From assembly GCA_034423015.1 (NCBI GenBank), contig DAOUJG010000055.1, positions 4,379-68,378 on the forward strand: a stretch of DNA of 64,000 nucleotides. Direction: 5' to 3'. This document shows, piece by piece, positions 1 to 8,480 of the stretch. The position numbers were made by a program, and so were the translations under genes. Each line of letters starts with the position of its first letter. The stretch's first letter is position 1. This DNA comes from Dehalococcoidia bacterium. Lineage in GTDB: Bacteria; Chloroflexota; Dehalococcoidia; Lucifugimonadales; JAGWBF01. The notes beneath the pieces are model-generated. The model was not told the DNA's origin, searched no databases, and saw only the letters and a program-made list of their open reading frames with translations.

Positions 1-28
1 TCCTGGTCGTGGTGGCCCTGGGCGCCTG

Positions 29-367
29 GTGGATACGGAAAAGCGAGGTCCTGTGACCAGCGAGGCCATCGTCCTCAACGAGACCATCCACCAGTCCACC
101 CGGCTGCGAATCATGACCCTGCTGGTCTCCATGCCCGAAACGGACCGGGTTGCCTACGGGTTCATCCAGAAGACCCTGGACCTGACCGGCGGCAACCTGA
201 CCATCCATCTGAGGAAGCTGGGAGACGCCGGCTATCTAGCCATCACCAAGGAGTTCCGGGACTCCAAGCCCCAAACGTGGGTGCAGGCAACGGAGACCGG
301 GCGCCGCGCCTTCGCCGAGTATCTCTCCAACCTGGAGAGGGCGCTCAACTGGCAGCCCCGCAAATAG
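29..367 (+). CDS. winged-helix (ArsR/MarR-like) transcriptional regulator
   Basis: 112-aa ORF. 'STRLRIMTLLV...GGNLTIHLRKLGDAGYLAITKE' is a typical wHTH recognition-helix/wing pattern. GTG start; the frame stays open to the window edge, so the true 5' end could lie upstream. Confidence 0.55.
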   Translation: MDTEKRGPVTSEAIVLNETIHQSTRLRIMTLLVSMPETDRVAYGFIQKTLDLTGGNLTIHLRKLGDAGYLAITKEFRDSKPQTWVQATETGRRAFAEYLSNLERALNWQPRK

Positions 368-450
368 CCCGGGAAGACCTTAACATTTCTTTCAAATTCC
401 TTGTCTATGGTGGATGCATAGAACGCACAACCGGACGACAGGAGAAAGAT

Positions 451-1839
451 ATGGGCAGGTTGAGATACGGGGCTTTCCTCATCCCGCTGGCGATGGCCCT
501 GGTCATAGCCGCCTGCGGGTCGGGCCGGGCCGCTGTGCCCACAAGCCCGCCCCCCACCCAGCCCGCCGAGGTCGAGGCCACCCGGCAGGCCCCGGAGATG
601 GAGGCCCCGGCAACGCCCGACCCGGTCCCTACCACACCGGTGGAGCCTACCCCCGAGCCGCGGGCCGCGGTGAGCGCCAGCGCAGTCCCTTCCGTCGATG
701 TCGTGGAGCCTTCACCCCAGCTCCAACCGGACCCAGGCGTTACGGAGGCCGCGCCCCAGCCGGACGTCGGCAGCTCACCGGCGCCGGAGGACAATGATCC
801 CATGGACCCCCATGCCATCGTCGCGGCATTCGAGGAGGTCCTCACCGGGCTGTACGAGTCCGTCCTGCCCTCGGTGGCCCATATCCACGTCCTCGGCGAC
901 CTCCAGGCCGACGGGCCCTTCGGCGAGCCCGGGAGGCGCGTGCCCTCGGAGGGAAGCGGCTTTGTATGGAGCAGCGACGGCCACATAGTGACCAACCACC
1001 ACGTCATAGACGGCGCCAGCGAGATAACGGTGGTATTCGCCAGTGGGCTGGAGCTGGAGGCGACGGTGCTGGGGAGCGACCCGGACTCGGACCTGGCGGT
1101 CCTCAAGGTCGACCCGCCCCCGGGCGGCCTCAAGGAGGCGGGATTGGGCGACAGCGACCAGCTTCGGGTCGGCCAGCTCGCCGTGGCCGTCGGCAGCCCC
1201 TTCAGCCAGGAGTTCAGCATGACCAACGGCATAGTCAGCGCCCTGGGCCGGGTGTTGCAGGCGGGCTCCAGCAACTTCAGCAACCCCCAGATCATCCAGA
1301 CCGACACGCCCATCAACCCCGGCAACTCGGGCGGGCCGCTGTTCGACCGGCACGGCAACGTCATCGGCATCAACTCCGTGATCATCAGCCGGTCGGGTAG
1401 CAGCTCTGGCGTGGGGTTTGCCGTGCCCATCAACACCGCCAAGCGCATCGTGCCGGTGCTGATCGAAGAGGGTGACTACAGCTACGCCTACCTGGGCATC
1501 AGCGGGGCCACCCTGACGTCCTCTTTGGCCGAAGCCAACGGCCTGCCCCCGGACACCCGCGGAGTGCTGGTGGTAGAGGTGGTCCCCGAAGGCCCCGCCG
1601 AGGCGGCAGGCATAGTGGCCTCCCAGGGGACCACCGAGGTCGACGGCGTCGAATATCCCACTGACGGCCACGTGATCACCGCCGTAGACGGCACGCCGGT
1701 TCGCGGTATGGACGATCTGGTCACCTACATGGCGCAGAACAACAGGCCGGGGGACACGGTGACCTTCGACGTGATCACCGAGGACGGCGTCGGCCAGGTC
1801 CAGGTGGTCCTGGCCGTGAGACCCGAGGTGCTGGGCTAG
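451..1839 (+). CDS. HtrA/DegP-family trypsin-like serine protease with one PDZ domain, lipoprotein signal
   Basis: ATG at 451 preceded by GGAGAAAG. Lipobox 'LVIAAC'. Catalytic triad contexts 'VTNHHVIDGA', 'DLAVLKV', 'GNSGGPL'. C-terminal PDZ-like region. The 277 start in the ORF track adds a non-homologous leader. Confidence 0.85.
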   Translation: MGRLRYGAFLIPLAMALVIAACGSGRAAVPTSPPPTQPAEVEATRQAPEMEAPATPDPVPTTPVEPTPEPRAAVSASAVPSVDVVEPSPQLQPDPGVTEAAPQPDVGSSPAPEDNDPMDPHAIVAAFEEVLTGLYESVLPSVAHIHVLGDLQADGPFGEPGRRVPSEGSGFVWSSDGHIVTNHHVIDGASEITVVFASGLELEATVLGSDPDSDLAVLKVDPPPGGLKEAGLGDSDQLRVGQLAVAVGSPFSQEFSMTNGIVSALGRVLQAGSSNFSNPQIIQTDTPINPGNSGGPLFDRHGNVIGINSVIISRSGSSSGVGFAVPINTAKRIVPVLIEEGDYSYAYLGISGATLTSSLAEANGLPPDTRGVLVVEVVPEGPAEAAGIVASQGTTEVDGVEYPTDGHVITAVDGTPVRGMDDLVTYMAQNNRPGDTVTFDVITEDGVGQVQVVLAVRPEVLG

Positions 1840-1856
1840 GAGACGGGGCCCAAGGG

Positions 1857-3041
1857 CTACTGCATCAGGTACGAGAAACGCAGGGGAGAGAAGGCGTCTA
1901 CCGGGACGGGGACATCCGTGTCTCCCCGGACCATCAGGTCGGCGACCAACCGCCCCGTAATGGCGGACAGGTGGATGCCCTTGGTGCCGTGGCCGGTGGC
2001 CAGGTAGACGCCGTCCCAGCCCGGTACGGGTCCGATGAGGGGCATCCGGTCGGCGCTGAGGGGGCGGACCCCCGCCAGGTGGTCCACCACCTCGGCGTCC
2101 TCCAGGGCGGGCATCACGCTGAGCACCCTCTCCAGGATGAAGTTCCGGCCCCACTCGGAGGGCTGCAGGTCGTACTCCCACGGCCCCGTCTCGCTGGGGT
2201 CGAAAACGTGGGTCGCGTCCACGTCCATGCCGCTCATGCTGACCCCGCCCACGCTGCCCACCAGGGTGATCCCGTCTCGCCGGGGGAGGATGGGCCCGTG
2301 CCGGGCCGTCATGATGAACACCTCCACCGGCTTACCGGGCACCCGCACCTGCAGGACCTCGCCGTGAAGGGGACGCACGGGGATGGGGAAGTTCAGCCAC
2401 CGCCGGGCCCCCTCGCTCCAGGCCCCCATGGAGATCACAACGTTGTCCGCCGAGACCTCGCCGTTGGGATAGGTCACGCCAGTAACGCGGCCTCCCTCGG
2501 TCTTCAGCCCGGTGGCCTCCCGCAGCAGCACCTCCCCGCCCATCCTCTCCACGGCCTGGGCCAGGGCCAGGCTCAGACGGTAGCCGTCCACCTGCCCGTG
2601 CTGGTACGTCACGCCGCCCAGCACGTCGGGGCTGATGCGCGGCTCTAGGCGGCGGACCTCGTCCGCGCCGACCCACGCCACGTCCACGTACTGGCCCTGC
2701 CACGCGATGACCTCCCGGAAGATCCGCTCCTCTTCCTCCAGCATTGCCAGGCTGACGCCGGGCATCTCGTGGTACATGGGGTCGAGGCCGCTGTCCTCGA
2801 TGAGGCCCTGGATGAACCCGGGGAAGAAGCGCATCCCCTCCAGGCCGATCTCGAAGTGGGCGCCGGGCTTGAAGTCCTTGCCGACGATGGACAGGGCCCC
2901 GTGGCCGTGGGCCGACGCGCCGCTGCCCACCGCCTCCTTGTCCATGAGGCAGACCCGCTGCCCCTCCTTGCTCAGGAAGTAGGCGACGGCGCCGCCCACC
3001 ACGCCCGCGCCCAGCACCACCGAGTCAAAACCGCTCTTCAA
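1857..3041 (-). CDS. FAD-dependent oxidoreductase (DAO / glycine-sarcosine oxidase-like family)
   Basis: N-terminal dinucleotide fold 'VVLGAGVVGGAVAYFLSKEGQRVCLMDKE' and a C-terminal 'GHGTKG' region typical of DAO-family flavoenzymes. Confidence 0.8.
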   Translation of the reverse strand: MKSGFDSVVLGAGVVGGAVAYFLSKEGQRVCLMDKEAVGSGASAHGHGALSIVGKDFKPGAHFEIGLEGMRFFPGFIQGLIEDSGLDPMYHEMPGVSLAMLEEEERIFREVIAWQGQYVDVAWVGADEVRRLEPRISPDVLGGVTYQHGQVDGYRLSLALAQAVERMGGEVLLREATGLKTEGGRVTGVTYPNGEVSADNVVISMGAWSEGARRWLNFPIPVRPLHGEVLQVRVPGKPVEVFIMTARHGPILPRRDGITLVGSVGGVSMSGMDVDATHVFDPSETGPWEYDLQPSEWGRNFILERVLSVMPALEDAEVVDHLAGVRPLSADRMPLIGPVPGWDGVYLATGHGTKGIHLSAITGRLVADLMVRGDTDVPVPVDAFSPLRFSYLMQ

Positions 3042-3057
3042 CCGTCCCTCCCCCGCA

Positions 3058-4068
3058 TCAGTCCAGGAACCCGAACTCCTGGCGCCACTGAATGAAGTCC
3101 CGCAGGCCGGCCACGAGATCGTACCTGGGCTCGAACCCCAGGTCCTCGCGCATGCGTGTCGTGTCCAGGACCCGGGGGTTCTCTGCCGTCGGGTCCTCGG
3201 TGGGGACCGGCTCGACGAACCGCACCTGGGGATAGGCCTCCCGGATGGCGTCCACCATGCCCAGCATGGTCACTGGGCGGCCCGTGGAGATATTGTACAG
3301 GGGATGCTTCAGCGCGGGGGCGTCCAGCATGGCCCTGACGGCGGCGGCGGTGTCCTTCACGTAGGGATGGTCCACGCCGAAGCTGCGGCCCTCGGCGTTG
3401 CCGGCGCCCTTGGGCGCCACCTCGATTGGCTCGCCTCGCAGCGCCTTGCCCACCCACTGGTTGGGCAGAGACACCCGGCGGTGGTACGGCGTGACCCGCT
3501 CGATGGGCCCCCAGTTCTGGCCCATGCGGATGCTGGCCGTCTCGAAGCCGTACAGGTGCCCATAGCGGCGGGTAAGGAGCTCGCTGGCGAGCTTGGTGAT
3601 GGCGTAGAAGCCGTAGGAGCCGGTGGCGTAGTCCTCCAGCTTCAGGTGGATGTCCTCGTTCAGCGGCCCCTCCACGGGGCCCGTGACGTACACGCCGGCG
3701 GTGCTGATGTATATGAACCTGTCCACCTCCATGCGGCGGGCCAGGTCCAGCATGTTCAGGGTGCCCGTCAGGTTTATGTCGCAGAGCCTGCGCCCGTTCT
3801 TCCCCTCGGTGTCGCCGTAGGCCGTGTACGTCGCGCAGTGGACTATGCGCTGGATATCGAAGTAGGCCGACGCGGCGTCCAGCCCGCTCTTGTCAGCGAT
3901 GTCCCCCGACACCCAGGTGATCCGGTCCGCCCACGGCTCGGTGTACCGCTTTACCATCCCGTCGGGGGGGATGATGTCCAGGGAGATGACCTCGTGCCCG
4001 TGCTCCGCCAGCTCCCGGACGATGTTCGTTCCCGTGAACCCGGCTCCCCCGGTGACCAGAACAGCCAT
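3058..4068 (-). CDS. NAD-dependent epimerase/dehydratase (extended SDR)
   Basis: Internal ATG at 4068 gives 'MAVLVTGGAGFTGTNIVREL' (GxxGxxG Rossmann). The 77-aa extension in the ORF track (to 4299) is translated from a C-tract repeat and is not credible. Confidence 0.8.
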   Translation of the reverse strand: MAVLVTGGAGFTGTNIVRELAEHGHEVISLDIIPPDGMVKRYTEPWADRITWVSGDIADKSGLDAASAYFDIQRIVHCATYTAYGDTEGKNGRRLCDINLTGTLNMLDLARRMEVDRFIYISTAGVYVTGPVEGPLNEDIHLKLEDYATGSYGFYAITKLASELLTRRYGHLYGFETASIRMGQNWGPIERVTPYHRRVSLPNQWVGKALRGEPIEVAPKGAGNAEGRSFGVDHPYVKDTAAAVRAMLDAPALKHPLYNISTGRPVTMLGMVDAIREAYPQVRFVEPVPTEDPTAENPRVLDTTRMREDLGFEPRYDLVAGLRDFIQWRQEFGFLD

Positions 4069-4174
4069 GGCGGCCTCCCTGCGTACAGCGTTACGGCGGT
4101 ACAGCAACCTATAGCACGAGCCCGTACCGGTGTCAAGGAACGGCCCTCGCCCCTCACCGTGGCCCTCTCGTTGT

Positions 4175-4214
4175 CCCCTCTCCCTCACCCTCACCCTCAC
4201 CCTGCCCCTCTCCC
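4175..4214 (-). repeat. G-tract array (GGGTGA)3GGG... on the minus strand; canonical G3N3 G-quadruplex motif
   Basis: Seven C-tracts of 3-4 nt on the plus strand between 4175 and 4214, including CTCACC x3. On the minus (epimerase-coding) strand this reads GGG-TGA-GGG-TGA-GGG-TGA-GGG-AGA-GGGG. It lies about 110-145 nt upstream of the epimerase ATG. Confidence 0.6.
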
Positions 4215-4228
4215 AGGGGGGAGAGGGG
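4205..4228. other. perfect 10-bp GC hairpin (CCCCTCTCCC-aggg-GGGAGAGGGG) in a divergent intergenic region
   Basis: Read directly from the sequence. It overlaps the last two C-tracts of the G4 array. Confidence 0.6.
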
Positions 4229-4371
4229 ATTTCCCTAGGAGGCGAAGACGCCGCCGCTCCTTGAACGGGCCCGACGGCTGGGCTATCCTGGGACCACACC
4301 TACATGCCGGGCTCTGGTGTATACTCGATGGCCCCTGCAGACCCGAGCGCCGGTGGAAAGGTAGGGACAAG

Positions 4372-5754
4372 GTGGACGCGCTTCTGACGAGCACAACCTT
4401 GGTCACGGGTGCGGCGGACGGGCGGGTCATCTGGGACGGCGCCCTGGCGATACGGGCCGACCGCATCGTGGACGTCGGGACCACCGGAGAGCTGGAGGCG
4501 CGGCACCCGGACCTCCCCCGTCTGGCGCTGCCTCGGCGGGCCGTGATGCCGGGGCTCATCAACTGCCACACCCACACCATCCTCACGGTCCTGCGGGGTG
4601 GAGTCGAGGACCTGGGCCACAACATCATGGAGGTGGTGTACGGCTACATGGTGCCCGTCACCTACGTGATGACCGACGAGGAACGGCGGGCAATGGCCTC
4701 CCTGGGCTGCCTGGAGGCCATTCGGTCCGGCACCACGACCATCGTCGACCCCATGCGCTCCGTCGTCTCGTATGCCGGCGCCATGGCCGCCAGCGGCCTC
4801 CGGCTGTATCTCTGCGAGTCGGCCTCCGACGCCGTGGCCACGGAGATCTGGACGAAGGGCTACCGGTACGATCGCGGCTGGGGCGAGGCGGCCATGCAGC
4901 AGACGACGGACCTCATCGACGGGCACCACGACACCAGGAACGGACGGGTCCGATGCCTGGTGGCCGCCCACGCCCCGGATAGCTGCTCGCCCTGGGTGCT
5001 GGACGAGCTCCGGGAGCTGGCCGCCGCCCGCGGGCTGGGTCGCACCGTCCACCTTGCCCAGTCGGAGCAGGAAGTGGCCCAAGTGAAGGCCATGACCGGG
5101 GGCAGGACATCGGCCGAATACCTGGACGACCACGGCTGGCTGGGTGAGGACGTCCTCGCGGCGCACTGCCACTGGTGCAACGCCTCGGATATCGGGCTGG
5201 TCGGCGGGAGGCGGATCACCACCGTCCACTGCGCGGCGTCCAGCTCGCGCCGCGGGTACCACCGGCTGGCCGACATCCCGGCGCTCATGGACGCCGGCGT
5301 CAACATGACCCTGGGCACCGACAATATGTCCGAGGACATGTTCGACGCCATGCGCATCGGAATCGTGGTCAACCGGGGTATGCGTGGCGACGGGCAGAAC
5401 CCGACGCCGGCGGAGGTGCTGTCCTGGGCCACCACCAACGGCGCCAGGGCGCTGGGCAGGCACGACCTGGGGTCCATCGAGGTGGGCAAGAAGGCGGACC
5501 TGGCGGTCGTGCGCCTGGACCGCCCTCACCTGACGCCCCTGCTGGACGTGACCTCGAGCCTGGTCCACTACGCCCAGGCCTCGGACGTCGAGTCGGTCAT
5601 GGTCGACGGGGAGTGGGTGATGAGGGACGGCCGCGTCCTCACCATGGACGAGGATGCCGTCATGGAGGACGCCGGGCGTGCCGCCGCCAGCGCCTGGCGC
5701 CGGCTTCGTGACCGCTGGACGGGCCTGTCCGTGCCACCCGGACTCGACGTCTAG
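4372..5754 (+). CDS. amidohydrolase-superfamily enzyme (chlorohydrolase / MTA-SAH or nucleobase deaminase-like)
   Basis: GTG at 4372 in the frame of ORF 3304..5754. 'MPGLINCHTHT' metal-binding HxH motif and 'LGTDN' near the C-terminus. The upstream part of the 816-aa ORF is antisense to the epimerase gene. Confidence 0.75.
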   Translation: MDALLTSTTLVTGAADGRVIWDGALAIRADRIVDVGTTGELEARHPDLPRLALPRRAVMPGLINCHTHTILTVLRGGVEDLGHNIMEVVYGYMVPVTYVMTDEERRAMASLGCLEAIRSGTTTIVDPMRSVVSYAGAMAASGLRLYLCESASDAVATEIWTKGYRYDRGWGEAAMQQTTDLIDGHHDTRNGRVRCLVAAHAPDSCSPWVLDELRELAAARGLGRTVHLAQSEQEVAQVKAMTGGRTSAEYLDDHGWLGEDVLAAHCHWCNASDIGLVGGRRITTVHCAASSSRRGYHRLADIPALMDAGVNMTLGTDNMSEDMFDAMRIGIVVNRGMRGDGQNPTPAEVLSWATTNGARALGRHDLGSIEVGKKADLAVVRLDRPHLTPLLDVTSSLVHYAQASDVESVMVDGEWVMRDGRVLTMDEDAVMEDAGRAAASAWRRLRDRWTGLSVPPGLDV

Positions 5755-5889
5755 GAAGCCTCCCCGGTCCTGCCATGGCGACCCCCTGGGTCCCCGGCCT
5801 TCGACGGGACTATGGGTTGGGTGATGATGCCTCCCAGCGCCAATCTCGGCCTATCCCACGCCCGCCGGCGCTTTACTCCCGCAGGCGTC

Positions 5890-5898
5890 TGGTATATG
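5890..5898 (+). promoter_or_regulatory. putative extended -10 promoter (TGgTATATG) for plsY
   Basis: TGn+TATATG lies 37 nt upstream of the plsY start. GGAGG Shine-Dalgarno at 5922-5926. Confidence 0.35.
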
Positions 5899-5934
5899 TT
5901 ATGTGCTGCGAGTTACCCGCCGGAGGTTGGCTAG

Positions 5935-6549
5935 GTGGAGGCAACGCTCAACGCCGTACTCATCCTGGTGGGCTACCTCTTGGGCTCGGTGCCCTTCGCC
6001 TACCTGACGGTCCGCCTGGTCAGTGGCCAGGACATCAGAAAGGCGGGCTCGGGCAACGTAGGCGCCCTGAACGTGTACCAGAACGCGGGGCTCGTCGCGG
6101 GCATCGCGGTCCTGGCGGCCGACGTGGCCAAGGGGGCGCTGGCGGTGCTGGTCCCCGTGTGGGCCGGCGCGCCCGACTGGGTCTCCTACGCATCGGGCGC
6201 CGCCGCGGTAGCCGGACACAACTGGCCGGTGTTCCTGGGCTTCCGGGGCGGGAAGGGCGCGGCCACCATCCTGGGCATCGGCCTGGCCTTGGCCCCATTC
6301 CTGGCCCTCATATCCCTGGCGCCCATACTGGTCGCGTTGGTTACCATCCGCAACATGGTCGTGGGAGTGGCCGCGGCCTTTCTCATGTTCAACGTACTGG
6401 TCATCGCCACCGGACGGCCGTGGGACCTGGCGGGTGTGTGCATAGCACTGACGTTGATGGTCGTGGGGGGCTACCTGGCCAAGACCCTGGGCCAGACGAC
6501 CCGGGCCCTGCGGCAGCGTCGATGGAGGAACCTGGTGTGGCCCGAATGA
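5935..6549 (+). CDS. plsY: glycerol-3-phosphate acyltransferase PlsY (copy 1)
   Basis: 'YLLGSVPFAYL...GSGNVGALNV...AGHNWPVFLGFRGGKGAAT' are PlsY signature motifs. GTG start. Confidence 0.8.
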   Translation: MEATLNAVLILVGYLLGSVPFAYLTVRLVSGQDIRKAGSGNVGALNVYQNAGLVAGIAVLAADVAKGALAVLVPVWAGAPDWVSYASGAAAVAGHNWPVFLGFRGGKGAATILGIGLALAPFLALISLAPILVALVTIRNMVVGVAAAFLMFNVLVIATGRPWDLAGVCIALTLMVVGGYLAKTLGQTTRALRQRRWRNLVWPE

Positions 6550-6557
6550 GGGCCCTG

Positions 6558-6566
6558 TGATATACT
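6558..6566 (+). promoter_or_regulatory. putative extended -10 promoter (TGaTATACT) for thrS
   Basis: Same TGTGATATA core as the infC promoter at 8420-8430. No good -35. Confidence 0.4.
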
Positions 6567-6576
6567 CCGAGCGTCG

Positions 6577-6598
6577 CCCGTTGCCGTAAGGCAACGGG
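6577..6598 (+). promoter_or_regulatory. 9-bp stem hairpin CCCGUUGCC-GUAA-GGCAACGGG in the plsY-thrS spacer (terminator or thrS leader operator)
   Basis: Perfect inverted repeat read from the sequence, followed by ACUUUG. It lies between the putative thrS -10 and the thrS ATG. Confidence 0.5.
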
Positions 6599-6627
6599 AC
6601 TTTGATAGTATCCAGATCGGGACCGGC

Positions 6628-8388
6628 ATGGCATCCAAACACCCCCCCGAGAGCGAGACCGTGGACGGTCTCCTGACGTACCGTGAGCACATGCGGCACT
6701 CCACGGCCCACGTGATGGCCGATGCCGTCCTCCAGATATTCCCCGAGGCCAAGATAGGCATCGGCCCCCCCACCGAGGACGGTTTCTACTACGACTTCGA
6801 GGTGTCCAGGCCCTTCACCCCCGACGACCTGGAGCGCATCGAGGCCATCATGAGCGAGACCATCGCCAGGGGCTTTCCCTTCGAGCTGGAGGAGGTGAGC
6901 CGCGAGGAGGCAAGGCGGCGGTTTGCCGGCCAGCCATTCAAGCTGGAGCTGATAGACGAGATACCCAGCGACGAGCCCATAACCGTGTACCGCCACGGCG
7001 AGTTCGAGGACCTGTGCCTCGGTCCCCACGTACCATCCACCGGCGACATCCCGGCGTTCAAGCTGCTCAACGTTGCAGGAGCCTACTGGCGGGGAGACGA
7101 GCGCCGGCCCATGCTCCAGCGCATCTACGGCACGTCTTTCGAGACCAGCGCCGCCCTGGAAGAGCACCTGAGGGTCCTGGAAGAGGCCGAGAAGCGGGAC
7201 CACCGAAGGCTGGGCAGACAGCTCGACCTGTTCAGCGTCCACGAAGAGGTGGGCCCGGGGCTGGTCATCTGGCACCCCAAGGGCGGCCGCGTCCGCACCA
7301 TCATGCAGGACTACTGGCACGAGCTGCACTACCGGAGGGGCTACGACATCATCTACTCCCCCCACATAGGGCGCTCACGGCTCTGGCAGACCAGCGGGCA
7401 CCTGGACTTCTACACCGACAGCATGTACTCGCCCATCGACGTGGACGAGCAGCTCTACTACATGAAGCCCATGAACTGCCCCTTCCACATCATGGTCTAC
7501 AGGTCGTCGTTGCGCAGCTACCGGGAGCTGCCCCTGCGCTACGGGGAGCTGGGCACCGTGTACCGCTACGAGCGCAGCGGCGTGCTCCACGGCCTGATGC
7601 GGGTCCGCGGCTTCACCCAGGACGACGCCCACATCTTCTGCCGTCCCGAGCAGGTGGAGGAGGAGGTCCTGGGAGTGCTGGACCTCACCTTCGAGCTGCT
7701 GGACAAGTTCGGCTTCACCGAGTACCAGATATACCTCTCCACCAGGCCGGAGAAGTTTGTTGGGGAGGTCGAGTCCTGGGAGCACGCCACCCAGTCCCTG
7801 GCCCGGGCCCTGGCGTCCCGGGAGCTGTCCTACCAGGTGGACGAGGGCGGCGGCGCCTTCTACGGCCCCAAGATCGACATCAAGATCAAGGACGCCCTGG
7901 GCCGGGAATGGCAGTGCGTTACCGTGCAGTTCGACTTCAACCTGCCCGAGCGGTTCGACCTGACGTTCCAGGGGTCGGACGGCGCCCACCACCGGCCGTA
8001 CATGGTACACAGGGCCATCATGGGCTCGATGGAGCGGTTCCTCGGAATCCTCCTGGAGCACTACGGCGGCGCCTTCCCCCTTTGGCTGGCCCCGGTGCAG
8101 GGGACGGTCATACCCATCGCCGACAGGCACATCGAATACGCCGGCGCCGTACGGGACACGCTCACCAGCAGGGGGTTCCGCGTCGAGATCGACTCCAGGG
8201 GTGAGCGCATGAACCAGAAGATACGCACCGCCCAGCTACAGAAGGTGCCCTTCATGCTGGTGGTGGGGGACCGCGAGGCGGAGAACGGCACGGTCTCGGT
8301 GCGCCTCAGGAGCGAGGAGAACCTGGGAGCGATGCCCATCGACGACCTGGTGGGCATGCTCCAAGAGCAGCTCAGGTCCGGGGAATGA
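6628..8388 (+). CDS. thrS: threonyl-tRNA synthetase (no N-terminal TGS domain)
   Basis: 586 aa. Editing-domain motif 'RHSTAHVMADAV' starts at about aa 23. Class II core 'RVRGFTQDDAHIF' and a C-terminal anticodon-binding domain. Confidence 0.95.
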   Translation: MASKHPPESETVDGLLTYREHMRHSTAHVMADAVLQIFPEAKIGIGPPTEDGFYYDFEVSRPFTPDDLERIEAIMSETIARGFPFELEEVSREEARRRFAGQPFKLELIDEIPSDEPITVYRHGEFEDLCLGPHVPSTGDIPAFKLLNVAGAYWRGDERRPMLQRIYGTSFETSAALEEHLRVLEEAEKRDHRRLGRQLDLFSVHEEVGPGLVIWHPKGGRVRTIMQDYWHELHYRRGYDIIYSPHIGRSRLWQTSGHLDFYTDSMYSPIDVDEQLYYMKPMNCPFHIMVYRSSLRSYRELPLRYGELGTVYRYERSGVLHGLMRVRGFTQDDAHIFCRPEQVEEEVLGVLDLTFELLDKFGFTEYQIYLSTRPEKFVGEVESWEHATQSLARALASRELSYQVDEGGGAFYGPKIDIKIKDALGREWQCVTVQFDFNLPERFDLTFQGSDGAHHRPYMVHRAIMGSMERFLGILLEHYGGAFPLWLAPVQGTVIPIADRHIEYAGAVRDTLTSRGFRVEIDSRGERMNQKIRTAQLQKVPFMLVVGDREAENGTVSVRLRSEENLGAMPIDDLVGMLQEQLRSGE

Positions 8389-8401
8389 CGGCTCTTCCAG
8401 A

Positions 8402-8430
8402 TTGACTTGACCATCCCCCTGTGATATATT
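8402..8430 (+). promoter_or_regulatory. sigma70-type promoter TTGACT-17 bp-TATATT with TGn extension, for infC-rpmI-rplT
   Basis: -35 at 8402-8407, a 17-nt spacer ending in TGA, and -10 at 8425-8430. Confidence 0.6.
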
Positions 8431-8480
8431 CTGGGCAGGTCCATGGTACCGCTTGCGAAAGTCGGCTGGAGGCATAGGGT

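Noticed and set aside
3304-4371. N-terminal 356 residues of the 816-aa ORF 3304-5754. Also similar N-terminal extensions of ORFs at 277, 3058-4299, 9658-10581, 16449-17558, 28359-29249, 30052-31512, 31352-32863, 40473-43121, 49359-50912, 54220-55536 and 60064-60789.
   Set aside because: The extensions overlap neighbouring real genes or intergenic repeats and lack homology-like sequence. Internal start codons with Shine-Dalgarno sequences or 4-nt overlaps give products of canonical length.
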